A DNA stretch of 64,000 nt. Source: Dipteris shenzhenensis. Taxonomy: Eukaryota. The position numbers and the translations under genes were made by a program. Below the pieces are notes generated by a model. That model made no database searches. It was not told the DNA's origin and saw only the letters and a program-made list of their open reading frames with translations. Below are positions 51,901 through 62,697 of the stretch, in pieces (position 1 is the stretch's first letter; every line of letters begins with the position of its first letter). The stretch is from assembly GCA_047967505.1 (NCBI GenBank), contig CM106538.1, one strand, 5' to 3'.

Positions 51901-54900
51901 TAACTCCTTCCACCAAAGGAGTGCTTTGTCTGACATGTATCCAACTGCAAGCTGAATGCGGTTGTCATAGGCAAAGTGGACTTGCTACTTGTGTAACCAA
52001 GTGTCCACAACCTCCTTCGTACGTGACTTTTGCTCCCCAGAATAGGGATCTGGAGTAATATTAGGACTTAGTACCGAAGCTAAGCTTCCATGTAAGTTGA
52101 GAGCCTGAATGGAAATGATCATGAGAGTAACCGAACTTTGTAGTGCCTTGATGTGTTCGACCAATTGATAATGATTCAAAGAGACCGAATCAAATCTGGC
52201 ATCTAGATTGGTCAAAGCTTGTGAGCCCTTGGGCATGGTGAAAGGTGAGTGGCCTGCTCTCTATTTAAGTTGCTGCTCTTTACTTTTTGTCAAGGCTAGT
52301 ATGAAGCGTAAACACGTGGAGGAGAGTGAGACTAACCACAAGAGTGGTGGGTGTGAATCCAGAAGCAAGGGCACACCACAACCCTCAAGAGTATATTAGG
52401 ATAGGCATTAGGGTGGAACCGGTTCAGAGTGAACCGTGTTCACACTGTAACCTATAATAAAGAGTGTATATGAGGTGGCACAGGGCCTTAACCCCAACAA
52501 CCTCCCACCTGAAGGCAATGTGCCTCAAAACAAAAAAAAAGAAATTACAGCAAGTACATATAGAATGTACAAGGCTAGAACGTGATATAGGGCCTAACCA
52601 ACACCCATCAGTGTCCTGCAATGTGCAAACCGCTCTGCTGGCAAGGTCTTAGTGAAAAGATCCGCAGGGTTATCATCAGTATGGATTTTGACAAGTTTTA
52701 ACAACTTGTCATGCAATACCTCACGAATAAAGTGGTACTTAACATCAATGTGCTTGGTTTTCTAATGAAAGACCGGATTCTTTGCCAACATAATAGCACT
52801 CTGGCTATCACAATGCAAAGAAGGAATATCCCTTGAAAAACCCAAGTCTCCCACCAGACGTGAAAGCCATATGGCCTCCTTGCAAGCCTTAGTGGCTGCA
52901 ATATACTCTGCCTCCGTGGTAGACAATGCTGTGCATCTCTGTAACCTGGATATCCATGAAATAGCACCACCTGTGAAAGTAAACACGTAGCCCGTGGTGG
53001 ACTTACGGTTGTCTGCATGCCCTGCATAATCTGAATCTATGTATCCATGCACTTCTGCATCTTGCTTGCCAAAACATATGCACACATCTTGAGACCCCTT
53101 AAGGTATCTCAATATACCCTTAATTGCCTCCTAATGCCTCTTACCGGGGTTAGCCATATATCTACTGACCACTCCCACTGCAAAAGCAATATCTGGTCTA
53201 GTAGCAACCATGGCATACATCAGACTGCCACATGCAGAAGCATAAGGAACCTTGGCCATCTGAGCCCTTTCATCATTTGACTGAGGGCTGTCCTTTTGGC
53301 TGAGTTTCAAATATGGTGGCAAGGGTGTGCTCAAAGCCTTCCCCTTATCCATATTGAACCTCTCCAGGACTTTGCCAATGTACTCTTTTTGAGAAAGATA
53401 GAGTAAACCCTTTGACCTGTTCCTCACAATCCGCATACCAAGAATGTGATTTGCATCACCAAGATCCTTCATGTCGAAGGTTTTGTGCAGTTTTGCCTTC
53501 ATAGCATTGATATCAATAGATGACTTCCCAGCAATAAGCATATCATCCACATAAAGAATGAGTATAAGAAGACTACCATCTCTTGCCTTCTTAGTGTAGA
53601 GACAATGATCATGATCAGACCGTCTGAATCCTTGTGCTTTCATGAAAGCATCAAACTTGTGATACCACTCTCTGGGTGCCTGCTTGAGCCCATAGAGACT
53701 CTTCTGCAATTTGCATACAAGCCCTTCTTTTCCCTTGACTTGATATCCCTCTGGTTGCTGCATATAAATATTCACGTGAAGGTCTCCATGAAGGAAGGCC
53801 GTCTTCACGTCCATTTGGACAAGATCCATGTCCTGACAAGCAACCAAAGCTAAAACAGTCCTCAATGTAGTCATCTTGACTACAGGAGAAAAGATTTCAT
53901 CAAAATCAACTCCCTTTTCCTGCTTGAACCCCTTAGCAACTAATCTTTGTTTCTACTTGGGCTTAGCATCCCCTGGAGTGATCTTCAACCTATAAACCCA
54001 CTTGCATGGTAGGACTTTCTGGCCTGCAGGCAGTTGCACTAGATTCCATGTCTGATTCTTCTCAAGAGATTGCATTTCTGAAACCATGGCTTTCTGCCAA
54101 TTCTTTGCGTCTTCCCTCTTCATGGCTTCTTTAAAGCACGAGGGCTCACCACAATCTGTCACCATGATGTAATCATCAAGTGCATTCACCCCTGGAACAA
54201 ACCTGTCAGGCATCCGGGACACCCTGGTGCTCCGCCTAACCCAACCATCTTGATTAGGTGGCTGATTTACTTGCTGTTCCTGCATATTTTGGGGCTGTAC
54301 AGCCTGCTCTGGAAGCACATCTTGCTGAATCTCAGGCTGCATTTGTGGTTCTTCCTGTGGAGGATAATATGGAGCATTAAAAGCCGGAGGTGGCTGCTGA
54401 TTTTGACCATTTTGGACAGCATTTTGATTGGCATTTTGTGGTTGTGCTGAAGGTCCTTCCTCCTCAAAAATGACTCTTCTCACTCCAATGGTATTGATAG
54501 GCTGTTTTTGCATCCTATCTTCTCAAAAAGTCACATCATTGCTCCTCACAATCTTGTGAGATTCAGGGTCCCACAACCTGTAACCCATCTCTCCATTGTC
54601 ACCATACCCAAGAAAGATACACTTGCGTGACTTTGGGTCTAATTTGCTGTGTATTTCCCTTCTGATATGCATAAAGGCCTGGCAGCCAAACACCCTGAGA
54701 TGTTTGTAAGAGGGTGGCTTTCTGGACCACACCTCCTCAGGTACCTTCAAATCCAAGGCCCGGTTGGGTGACCTATTGATGAGATGTACTGCTGTCTTAA
54801 CAGCTTCTGCCCAAAAACCATGGGTCAATGCTGCTTGTGAGAGCATGCTAAGAGTCCTCTCTTGAATGGTCCTATTTGCCCTTTCAGCCACGCCATTTTG

Positions 54901-57900
54901 TGGAGGATTGTAGGGAGCGGGCAACTCCCTCTTTATCCCCTTCTCATCACAAAATGTAGTAAATTCCCTTGAGAAGTATTCCCCTCCATTATCAGACCTG
55001 AGGCATTTGAGCTTCTTTCCTGTCTGATTCTCAACAAGTGCCAACCAAGTCTTGAAGACTTTGAACACATCACTCTTATGCTTAATGGGATAGACTAATA
55101 TCTTCCTTGATGCATCATCAATAAAGGTGACAAAATACTTGGCACCGCCCAAAGAAAGATTGGGCATTTCACATACATCTATATGTACCAAAGTTAGGAC
55201 TTCTTGCTTAACATTTCCAGCCTTTTTATGGGCTGATTGCTTATGTTTGCCATAAATACAATGATCACATGCTGAAAAATCAGAAAAATTAAGTCTTGGC
55301 AAGTAACCCAAAGAAGACAATACTTTCATTCCTTTCTGGCTTATATGGCCCAACCGGCTATGCCACAATGAAGTGTGTGGCTGCTCGGTCACATGGATTA
55401 CATTAGCATCAACACCCTCAACATACAGTGGATACAAGGTGCCTGATTTGCAGCCCTTGGCCACAACCATATTTCCCTTAAGCACCTTCCACATAGAATG
55501 ACCAAATTGGGTGAGATACCCTGCATCATCAAGCTGCCCAGTGGATATCAAGCTCTTCCTGAGCTGTGGCACATGTCTCACATTGTGCAGAACAAATTCA
55601 GAACCATTTGGGAATTTTAGATGCACATCCCCAATACCAACAATGTCACAGGCATAATCATTCTCAAGTTTCACGCATCCTTTCTTCCCTGCATCATACG
55701 AAGCAAACCACTGCTCATGAGGAGTAACATGATAGGATGCACCTGAGTCTAATAGCCAATCCTGTGCATATGAGCCATCATTGGCCACAAGAAAAGAACT
55801 ATCACCAGAGGAGGCAACAAGTATGACATCGTCATTATCTCTATCACTGCTAATCACTGCATTGAGCTCCTCAAGTTTAGCCTTGCCCTTGGTGTCTTTG
55901 GCATCTCTTTTCGCATCTTTGTCCTCTTCTTTTCTTTCCTTATCCTTGCCTTTGTTTTTCAGCTGAAAACAGTCCCTTTTAATATGCCCCTTCTTATGGC
56001 AGTAGTGGCATTCAAGGTCCTTCCGAGGACGGGACTGACTGCGAGATTTCCCTTTATTTTGGTTTTCCCCTCTATTTTGCTGCCTACCTCTGCCCACAGC
56101 CAATGCACTTGCATTCTTATTTTCACTGCTATTCTTACGCCTCACCTCTTCCTGCAGAAGAGCGCTTTCCACATCTTGGCATGACAATCCTGTGAAAGCA
56201 GGGGCTGAATTGCTTATGGCTGTAGCAAAAGTATCCCAACTGTCAGGGAGGGTACTCAAGAGAAAAATGGCCTTCACCTCATCATCAAAATTCATTTTCT
56301 GATTTGTGAGTTGGCTGAATATAGAGTGAAACTCATTGAGGTGAAGTGAGAGGACTGTCCCCTCTTTCATGCTTAGTTTCATAAGCCTTTTCAACCAAAA
56401 CACTTTACTAGCTGCACTCTGACTCTCGAAAAGGGACTCAAGTTTTTTCCATATGCTGGAAGCGGTGGCTTCATTCTCTACATTGAAGTAGATCTTCTTT
56501 GAGATGGTCAAAAGAATGGTACTTTTGGCCTTCTCATTCATGGTTTCCCACTGAAGGTCACTAACTTCATCGGGCTTGATCCCTTTATACTTGATAGGCA
56601 TATTTTGATCTTTCTGGGCCAACACATTATATATTTGGTTCTTCCAATAAGAGAAATTTGCATTCCCCTCCAACTTCTCGATGTTCCAATAGTTGCCTTC
56701 GTTGCTTGAAGACATAATGATAAGCTGAAGTAGAAGCAAATAAATACACCTAAGGCACAGAGAGCCTCAAAGTCATGTGCTGTGACTTAATGCAATGTTG
56801 TCCACTCTCCAAAACTAATTGCAAAATCTCATCTTTTGTCACTGCATTTGACACATAGACATGCAAATCCCCTTCCAAAACTGTTTACAATGGCCAATAA
56901 CATTAATTTGAGCAAAAGCCCTTTGTTTTGGCATCTATTGAAGAGAAATTTCGTCAAATAGGCACCCACAAGTGCGTACAAGCACTGTAGCGTCAAAAGC
57001 CCCAAATTTTTTGCATGCAATTTCTCCAAATTCGGAGAATGCACCACGATGTGCACCCAATCCTCAAGTTTCTGCCCAGAATATCCAGCGGTGCTCCCAA
57101 TTCCAGCTGACCAATGCCGGGCCAAAAGAAAGCGTGGGGTTTATCGAACCTCCGTCGAATGGGCCAGCCATGAGATGGTTTGCTCCATAGTTGAAGCGAG
57201 AGGAGCAAAGCTGTAGACGTTCTCTTTAGACCGGGGATCCACTACTGTAGCGTAGAAAGTGAAGACCAGACCGGCTTCAGCGCTCTTTCTCTGTGTGTTG
57301 CTCTGCTGCGCAGCAGCACTTGCGGCAGCCGATCACTTGCCTATTCCCCTGAAGACCTCGAGTCAGATAGCAGGCTCTCTGCGCTATTTGACGCCTGGAA
57401 CGGAAAGCATGGCAAGCACTACGTGGCTGATAGGGCTCCGAAGAAGGAAAGACGCTTCGAAATCTTCAAAGCGCTGGGCCTCACCCGCTTTGCGGACCTC
57501 ACGAACGAGGAGTTCAAATCATCGAGCTTCTTCGGTCTAAGCCGTTGCAGGGCATCACAGGAAGCGGCAGTGTGGTAACTTGCAAGGAGCAAGAGGGTAG
57601 GAGCAACTGAGGCAAAGCGTGCGCAAAGCTTGCTTCATGGGGCTATAGGCGAAGACGAAAGACTCTCTCTGACTTTCTCCAGAATCCGCTTGCTTCATGA
57701 GAGTGCGCAAAGCTTGCTTCAAGCTATAGGACGAGAGACTCTCTGACTTTTTCCACAGTCTAAGCTTGCAAATGCTCTTCCAAGCACGATGGAATACTAT
57801 ACAGACTTCGCTACTGCAGCTGCTATTACGAGCCTGGCAGCAAAGGCTATGCTCCAAAGCAACGCATGCCGAAGCTCTACGTTTTGAGGTAGGCAAAGAC

Positions 57901-60577
57901 TGTAGACACTCTCTCAACAAAGACCACACTCTCCGAATTAGCTCTGATACCAGTTGAAGCGTAAACACGTGGAGGAGAGTGAGACTAACCACAAGAGTGG
58001 TGGGTGTGAATCCAGAAGCAAGGGCACACCACAACCCTCAAGAGTATATTAGGATAGGCATTAGGGTGGAACCGGTTCAGAGTGAACCGTGTTCACACTG
58101 TAACCTGTAATAAAGAGTGTATATGAGGTGGCACAGGGCCTTAACCCCAACATAGTAGAGATTTACACTTTGATAGGGTCTAGATGCCTTTCCATTCATT
58201 TCAGTTCTACTCAGTTTTTCCTGTAGTTTGATTCAGAAATGCTTCATTTCATTTCTTTGCAATATTTCCCATTATATTGCAGATTTTTACCTGAAAGTTG
58301 GAGCATGAGATGTTCTGGCCATGTAAAATTTGTGCAGAATTATCTTCAATTGGCAGTTGCCACATGGCACCCTTGAAAAGGGGCTTTTCATGAAGGTACC
58401 CAGAATCTTGATTTTATGGAAGGCTCTATTCATTTAGATGTGTATTTGAAGCTCATTTAGAGCAACAGATGCCATATCAGTATCTCGTCTTGCTTGTGGA
58501 CCAATGTGCAGTGTGTTCCTGAGATCCCTACATCGCGTCACTCATATGCAACTGTACTTTGGGTCTAATGCATTGCATTTGATTTCATTACCTGAAGTTG
58601 CCTATCCGACTTTATCATTACCTTTACCCCCTTCTGCAGCTCATAGCTGCCGCTCACTACCTAGATCTCATAGCACTCGCTTTTTGCTCATAGGGAGTGT
58701 TCTAGAGCCCTTGGCCATATTTGGTACTGTCTTATCTGAAGGTCACCCTTACCAGGATAGATTTGCACCCACAGCTCCAGCTCCAACCACTCCTAATCAT
58801 GACCTGAAAGGTGCCCTTGATTTGCTGATTCATGAGGTGAGGATAATGGATGTTGCTGTTTGTGGATTTGAGGCTGAGATAGGAATGAGATGAGGGGAGT
58901 AGAGTGGGAGTTTCATAAGGTCAAGCGAGATCAAAATGTCAAAGGTAAAAGGCCTATGGACTGCGAGAGTGATGATTTGACTTGGGTTACAGACATTGGA
59001 GTGATGGGTAGTGCTTGTCAGATGACGCTCTACCTCCGGAGGTTACAGAGGAGGAGAGAGGGGCCGGCCCAGACAGACTGATCAGTATGAGCACCAGCAG
59101 TGCTCTATTGCTGATGATTTGACTTGGGGTGACAGACCATTGGAGTGATGGTAGCGCTTGTCAGACGAGGCACTACCTCTGGAGGTTACTGTGGAGAAGA
59201 TGGGCCCAGACAGACTGACCGGTATGAGCACCTGCAGTGCTCTATTACTGATTCCTTCCTTGATGGCACCAGCAGTGCTCTATTACTGATTCCTTCCTCG
59301 ATGGCACCAGCCCTCACCAGATCCAGAGCCACTTCGGGCGGAGATCATCTCTTCTATCCTCAGCCGACTGCCGGAGATGGTCCCACAGACAGCATACACA
59401 GGTCTCATCACTCGGATAGTCAGCTGATCGGACGTTGACAGGGATCTCTCTCCCTTTTGCCCTTTGCATTTGTGTACTCCAACCCCTTAGCTTTTGTTCG
59501 ATCTGGGTTTTTAAAGTCTCGTAGACCCTTCGGTCTTCGAAAACTCAAATAATACTTTTGTTCGTTCTAGTGACATCAGTAGAGGCCAATCATATGGGTA
59601 GAGGTGAGTATGAAATGTGCCAGGGACAATTACACAGAATTTCAAAACAAAATCACCTCATAAGATGCAAGATGTCATACGTATACTACCTTGGATCAGC
59701 GGGAAAGTATTGGAAAACATCATCTTAATATGCATGAGCAAGGGAGGACAGATTTCAAAAAGCGTAGTTCCTTTGGAAGACAGCAAAAGGGAAGTGGAGG
59801 TGACACCACGGCTAAGGATGGACCCAATTAGGCTATCAATCGACCTCACTAAATTGATGTTGGACTCAGTTCATACCATGGTAAAGGAGGTTGCACAGTT
59901 CTTTACCTGCCAGAAATGAAATAACAGAGGACACGTGTACAAATAGTAAGGAGGCAGATGGACGCTTTTAACCCCAGCTTTTTATGAATGGAGTACTTAA
60001 TGCATAGTATAGGGATCGAAGATAAGCTGCTGTCATAAATCTCATTCTTCAGGTGAACCACTTCAGCTATAAATAATGTGGCAGATGTATCCAGAGCGAT
60101 TAACAACATTTAACAAAATAATATTATTTGTAAAGAAAAGTGCTTACCAGCAATTCAAATTATTGTGCAGAAATGAAGAAGCAATTCCTGCTAGTCTTTC
60201 AGATCTCTGTTTTGTCTTATGAGTAAGTCTTTAAGCAGTTCTGGAATTACTGATGTCCCTACTTGTATTTGATTAGAGGATGGTAAATGACATGTTATCT
60301 AGTGTCAAATAAAGCTAACTACAAAGATCTTCCCAGAACATACATTTTTTTTAATTTTTGCGCTTGGGCTTATCCTGCTTAATATGAACAGTAAATGCGG
60401 GCATGTAAATAAATAAACAAAGGGTTCGGGTGCAATTGCCATGAAGTTCCTTTCTCTGCTAGTCATAACTTTTGTTTCCAATGCAGATTGATGTCATATG
60501 ATGGGGGCCGGCTACGTATGGATGAGCGTCTTGATGCAAGCATGTCAGATCCTGATCTTGTTCCTCTGCTTATGCAG
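33064..60577 (+). CDS. RFC1: Replication factor C subunit 1 (clamp loader large subunit), 14 exons traced, 3'-partial
   Basis: Spliced protein [10 protein letters not shown]...PPHKGQK-DVPEG..BRCT ([43 protein letters not shown])...Walker [15 protein letters not shown], Walker [48 protein letters not shown]. All exon phases join. Confidence 0.96.
33161..33232 (+). CDS. RFC1: RFC1 exon 2
   Basis: [24 protein letters not shown], cag|...|gta. Confidence 0.88.
33316..33786 (+). CDS. RFC1: RFC1 exon 3 (disordered, RG-rich N-terminus)
   Basis: DSRSDLKK...GRGRGRGRG...[10 protein letters not shown], tacag|...|gtt, 471 nt. Confidence 0.88.
33872..33939 (+). CDS. RFC1: RFC1 exon 4 (BRCT start)
   Basis: [22 protein letters not shown](S). 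Confidence 0.93.
34025..34100 (+). CDS. RFC1: RFC1 exon 5 (BRCT)
   Basis: [25 protein letters not shown]. Confidence 0.93.
34201..34262 (+). CDS. RFC1: RFC1 exon 6 (BRCT)
   Basis: [20 protein letters not shown](G). Confidence 0.93.
34412..34515 (+). CDS. RFC1: RFC1 exon 7
   Basis: [34 protein letters not shown], donor g|gtaac. Confidence 0.9.
34610..34827 (+). CDS. RFC1: RFC1 exon 8
   Basis: EVEAHK...[21 protein letters not shown]|gtatga (RFC box II region). Confidence 0.85.
37166..37870 (-). mobile_element. Possible solo or partial gypsy-type LTR in RFC1 intron 8
   Basis: Minus-strand TATA (cttttatagg) followed by a GC-rich motif cluster, organised like 48974-49823. No TSD found. Confidence 0.35.
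38600..41100 (+). mobile_element. 5'-truncated non-L1 LINE (RTEX/RTE-like), RT plus C-terminal Cys/His motif plus 3' tail
   Basis: [68 protein letters not shown], then REHRLCILC...[13 protein letters not shown]. Ends with aataaaa plus (tttc)n at ~41072-41100. Confidence 0.85.
41459..41659 (+). CDS. RFC1: RFC1 exon 9 (AAA+ Walker A)
   Basis: [11 protein letters not shown]...[30 protein letters not shown], cag|...|gtg. Confidence 0.95.
42189..44585. repeat. Near-identical intronic duplication A-B-A'-X-B'
   Basis: A 42189-~42580 = A' 43084-~43476, and B ~42596-43086 = B' ~44096-44585. Only about five substitutions seen. Confidence 0.92.
45877..45920. repeat. (CT)n microsatellite
   Basis: Uninterrupted tc run. 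Confidence 0.95.
46136..46260 (+). CDS. RFC1: RFC1 exon 10
   Basis: [11 protein letters not shown]...[15 protein letters not shown]..., gcag|...|gtaa. Confidence 0.95.
46389..46599 (+). CDS. RFC1: RFC1 exon 11 (Walker B, sensor 1)
   Basis: [24 protein letters not shown]...[19 protein letters not shown]...RKPTKQQ. Donor is GC (cag|gcatgg) or a GT 6 nt downstream. Confidence 0.92.
46807..46860 (+). CDS. RFC1: RFC1 exon 12
   Basis: [18 protein letters not shown], tag|...|gtt. Confidence 0.92.
47063..47232 (+). CDS. RFC1: RFC1 exon 13 (sensor 2)
   Basis: [24 protein letters not shown]...[12 protein letters not shown](K). Confidence 0.94.
47915..48970. repeat. Local degenerate repeats (gtgtgagagcatatgttt...gctgatgatgtc..gggatgtc), including a ~210-bp duplication
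   Basis: ~48170-48385 resembles ~48710-48920. Related motifs also occur at ~43010 and ~44510. Confidence 0.7.
48974..52301 (-). mobile_element. Truncated, degenerate Ty3/gypsy element (3' LTR, RT start, protease, gag)
   Basis: LTR-like 48974-50127 (tgttg...ttgaca) followed by PPT reverse complement tactccccct. [21 protein letters not shown], protease [12 protein letters not shown], degenerate knuckle [15 protein letters not shown], gag [15 protein letters not shown]. No second LTR found. Confidence 0.7.
52594..56715 (-). pseudogene. Copia gag-pol, single frame with four in-frame stops
   Basis: MSSSNEG start, [59 protein letters not shown]. Stops at 54523, 53953, 53131 and 52762. Confidence 0.93.
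57259..57540 (+). pseudogene. Captured fragment of a papain-family (C1A) cysteine protease: signal peptide plus I29 inhibitor prodomain
   Basis: Hydrophobic leader [20 protein letters not shown], then from 57339 in another frame [28 protein letters not shown]...[26 protein letters not shown]. Confidence 0.85.
58965..59310. repeat. ~140-bp imperfect tandem duplication
   Basis: tgatgatttgacttggg...cagacagactga...cagtgctctatt repeated. Confidence 0.7.
60487..60577 (+). CDS. RFC1: RFC1 exon 14
   Basis: (K)[30 protein letters not shown], gcag|...|gta. Phase matches exon 13. Confidence 0.93.
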
Positions 60578-60869
60578 GTATGGAACGAAAATTGTTTAGT
60601 AATTGCAGTAAGTCTTTTACTCTGCGTTTGGGGGGGTTCTTAAGGCATAGACTGTTGTAAAGACTTTTAATCATCACAGCAAGTCAATTCAACATCTATT
60701 CTACTTTTGTAATTAGCCTAACATATCTTTTCTTTCTAATTTTTATGGTGGTGATTCAGCTGTGAGTGGAATGGTGTTACAGCCACTTACGTGCAAAGTA
60801 GAATGGTGACTTAGGCTAAGAAATAATTTGTACATACCCTAGACATTGTCAAGGGCACAAATGTGTGGT

Positions 60870-61770
60870 TATGCAAGCTAATTATTCAAGGAGGGTTATC
60901 CTCTCATAGGTTAGAAACTGCTTTATTGTGTGTTTTTGTTTTAAAACAACTTTTAAAACAACTTTATAATGCACTTGATAATATCCTATCAAGACAAACA
61001 ATGTAACTTTGCGGAATGGAACTAAAAAGACGAAGGGCAAGTGGTCAAACATATGTCATTGTGTTGTTTGACTCAACGTCATCACACAATGATATTAAAT
61101 CCAAGCTTGTGAAAAGATTGAAACTTAAAACTAATCCATCCGACTATGCTTATATGGTTAGGATGGTAGATGGAAGTCCATAGACATGTGGACCAAAGCG
61201 TTGCAGGGTTAGAATTACATATCCAAGACTAGGTGGAGAAGCCGGATTATGAAATTACCAAGCTTTCTTGTGCAAATATAGCTCTTGGAATAGTGTGGTA
61301 TTCTAAGAGAAATCTTGTTGGGGATTGGCAAAAAGATATCTATCAGTTTGCTGTATATTTTTTTGTAAGTATATCTGCTGAATTGTGCATAGATGCACCA
61401 ACAGATTCTTCAGCTACTTAAGATGAGGAGATGGCCTTATTAGCCGGTCACATTAATGTTTTAGAGATGAATGATTATATGGATTATCTTCGAAAAGAAA
61501 TGTTCAATATAAGATTGAACTTGTTGTTGTAGCAGAACATATAAATAGACAGCTTTATAGGCTAGTTTTTACTAAAGAACTCGAGCGGTGAAGACAAATG
61601 GAAGAATACCTCAAGCTAGTGTAGATTCAACATGGTTTCTCACTTGATGATATTGAAGAAAACGAAAGATGATACTTTTCGATTGTGTATCGATTATCGA
61701 GGTTTAAATAATATCACCTTTAAGCACATATATCCGATGGCAAGAATGATGATTTGTTAGATGGGTTTGA
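60870..61770 (+). mobile_element. Decayed Ty3/gypsy protease-RT remnant in intron 14
   Basis: VIVLFDSTSSHN (protease) and KDDTFRLCIDYRGLNNITFKHIYPM (RT start). Confidence 0.7.
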
Positions 61771-62697
61771 GCATATGCTAAGGGCAGGAAGAAACATTCA
61801 TGGTCCTTTCAAGCGAAAGTAGTCAACATACCCATTTACATTGTGAACTAGACGATGACCAACCCGATCAAACGAAAGGCGTCATATGAGCTGTACTCGT
61901 GTAGAGAGCGTGTTTTGTCTTCATTTGAAAGAACTCAGTTCTGAAGCTTCTGTGCAGGTGGCTAGATAGGAGTGAGCAGATCAGAAGTATGTCTTTATTC
62001 GGTACAAAGATGAGTCTAAGCTTATTGACTGTACTATTCAGAGATGAAGATTGTGGTAAGCTCTTTTAGGAGACAGTTTGTTCTCGGATTGGATAAAAAC
62101 CTTTTATAAAAATTTGTAGAAAGTTTGTTATATATGACCCCAAATAGACCAGACATAGCTCTTCCAATTAGTGCAAGATCTCCAACATGTGGCAAATCCT
62201 ATGCCATTGAAAACTTGCTAAGAGGATTTTTAGATTTGTGAAGGAACGTTGACTCATGGAATTGAATACAAGAGAAGCAATAATATGAAATTGTCAAGGC
62301 ATAATGATAAGGATTCTTAGCAAGCATGGTTCCTTTGTCATCTTTGGAAGCTGATAAACAGAGGAACCTTGAAAGCTATTCGGCTCTTTTAAACAAAAAG
62401 ATTTGAATGCTTTGCTAGGTGACGAGCAGATCTCTATCATGATGGCCAAGAATTTACTATTTCATCCTTGTACTAGGCACAGGAGTTCAACCCGCAAGAA
62501 ACTTACTATTTATTCTAAGCACATAGGAGTTGAACACATGAGAAACTTACCATTGGTGGATATCCTAACCAAAGCCTTGTAGGAGGTAAGCTTGAGAAGT
62601 TTTCTTTTGTTGGAGAGGGGTGAGAAAATAATGATGAGTTATGGATCAGTTAATTAATTCTCCCTTGCGGTGATTGCTGATAAGGATTACTAATAGG

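Larger units (their letters stand above)
52302..58152 (-). mobile_element. Full-length Ty1/copia LTR retrotransposon in RFC1 intron 13 (antisense to the gene)
   Basis: 198-bp LTRs 52302-52499 and 57955-58152 differ at 1 position. TSD tagta/tagta, PBS reverse complement gctctgatacca at 57941-57952, PPT reverse complement acctcccacct after 52499. Confidence 0.97.

Noticed and set aside
57259-57540. The 93-aa ORF as an intact secreted peptide gene
   Set aside because: It starts with GTG and lies inside a TE. The homologous protease sequence shifts frame after the signal peptide, so it is treated as a captured fragment.
59617-60109. Short ORFs in intron 13 as extra RFC1 exons or another gene
   Set aside because: No RFC1 similarity, and exons 13 and 14 already join in phase. 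Probably decayed TE.
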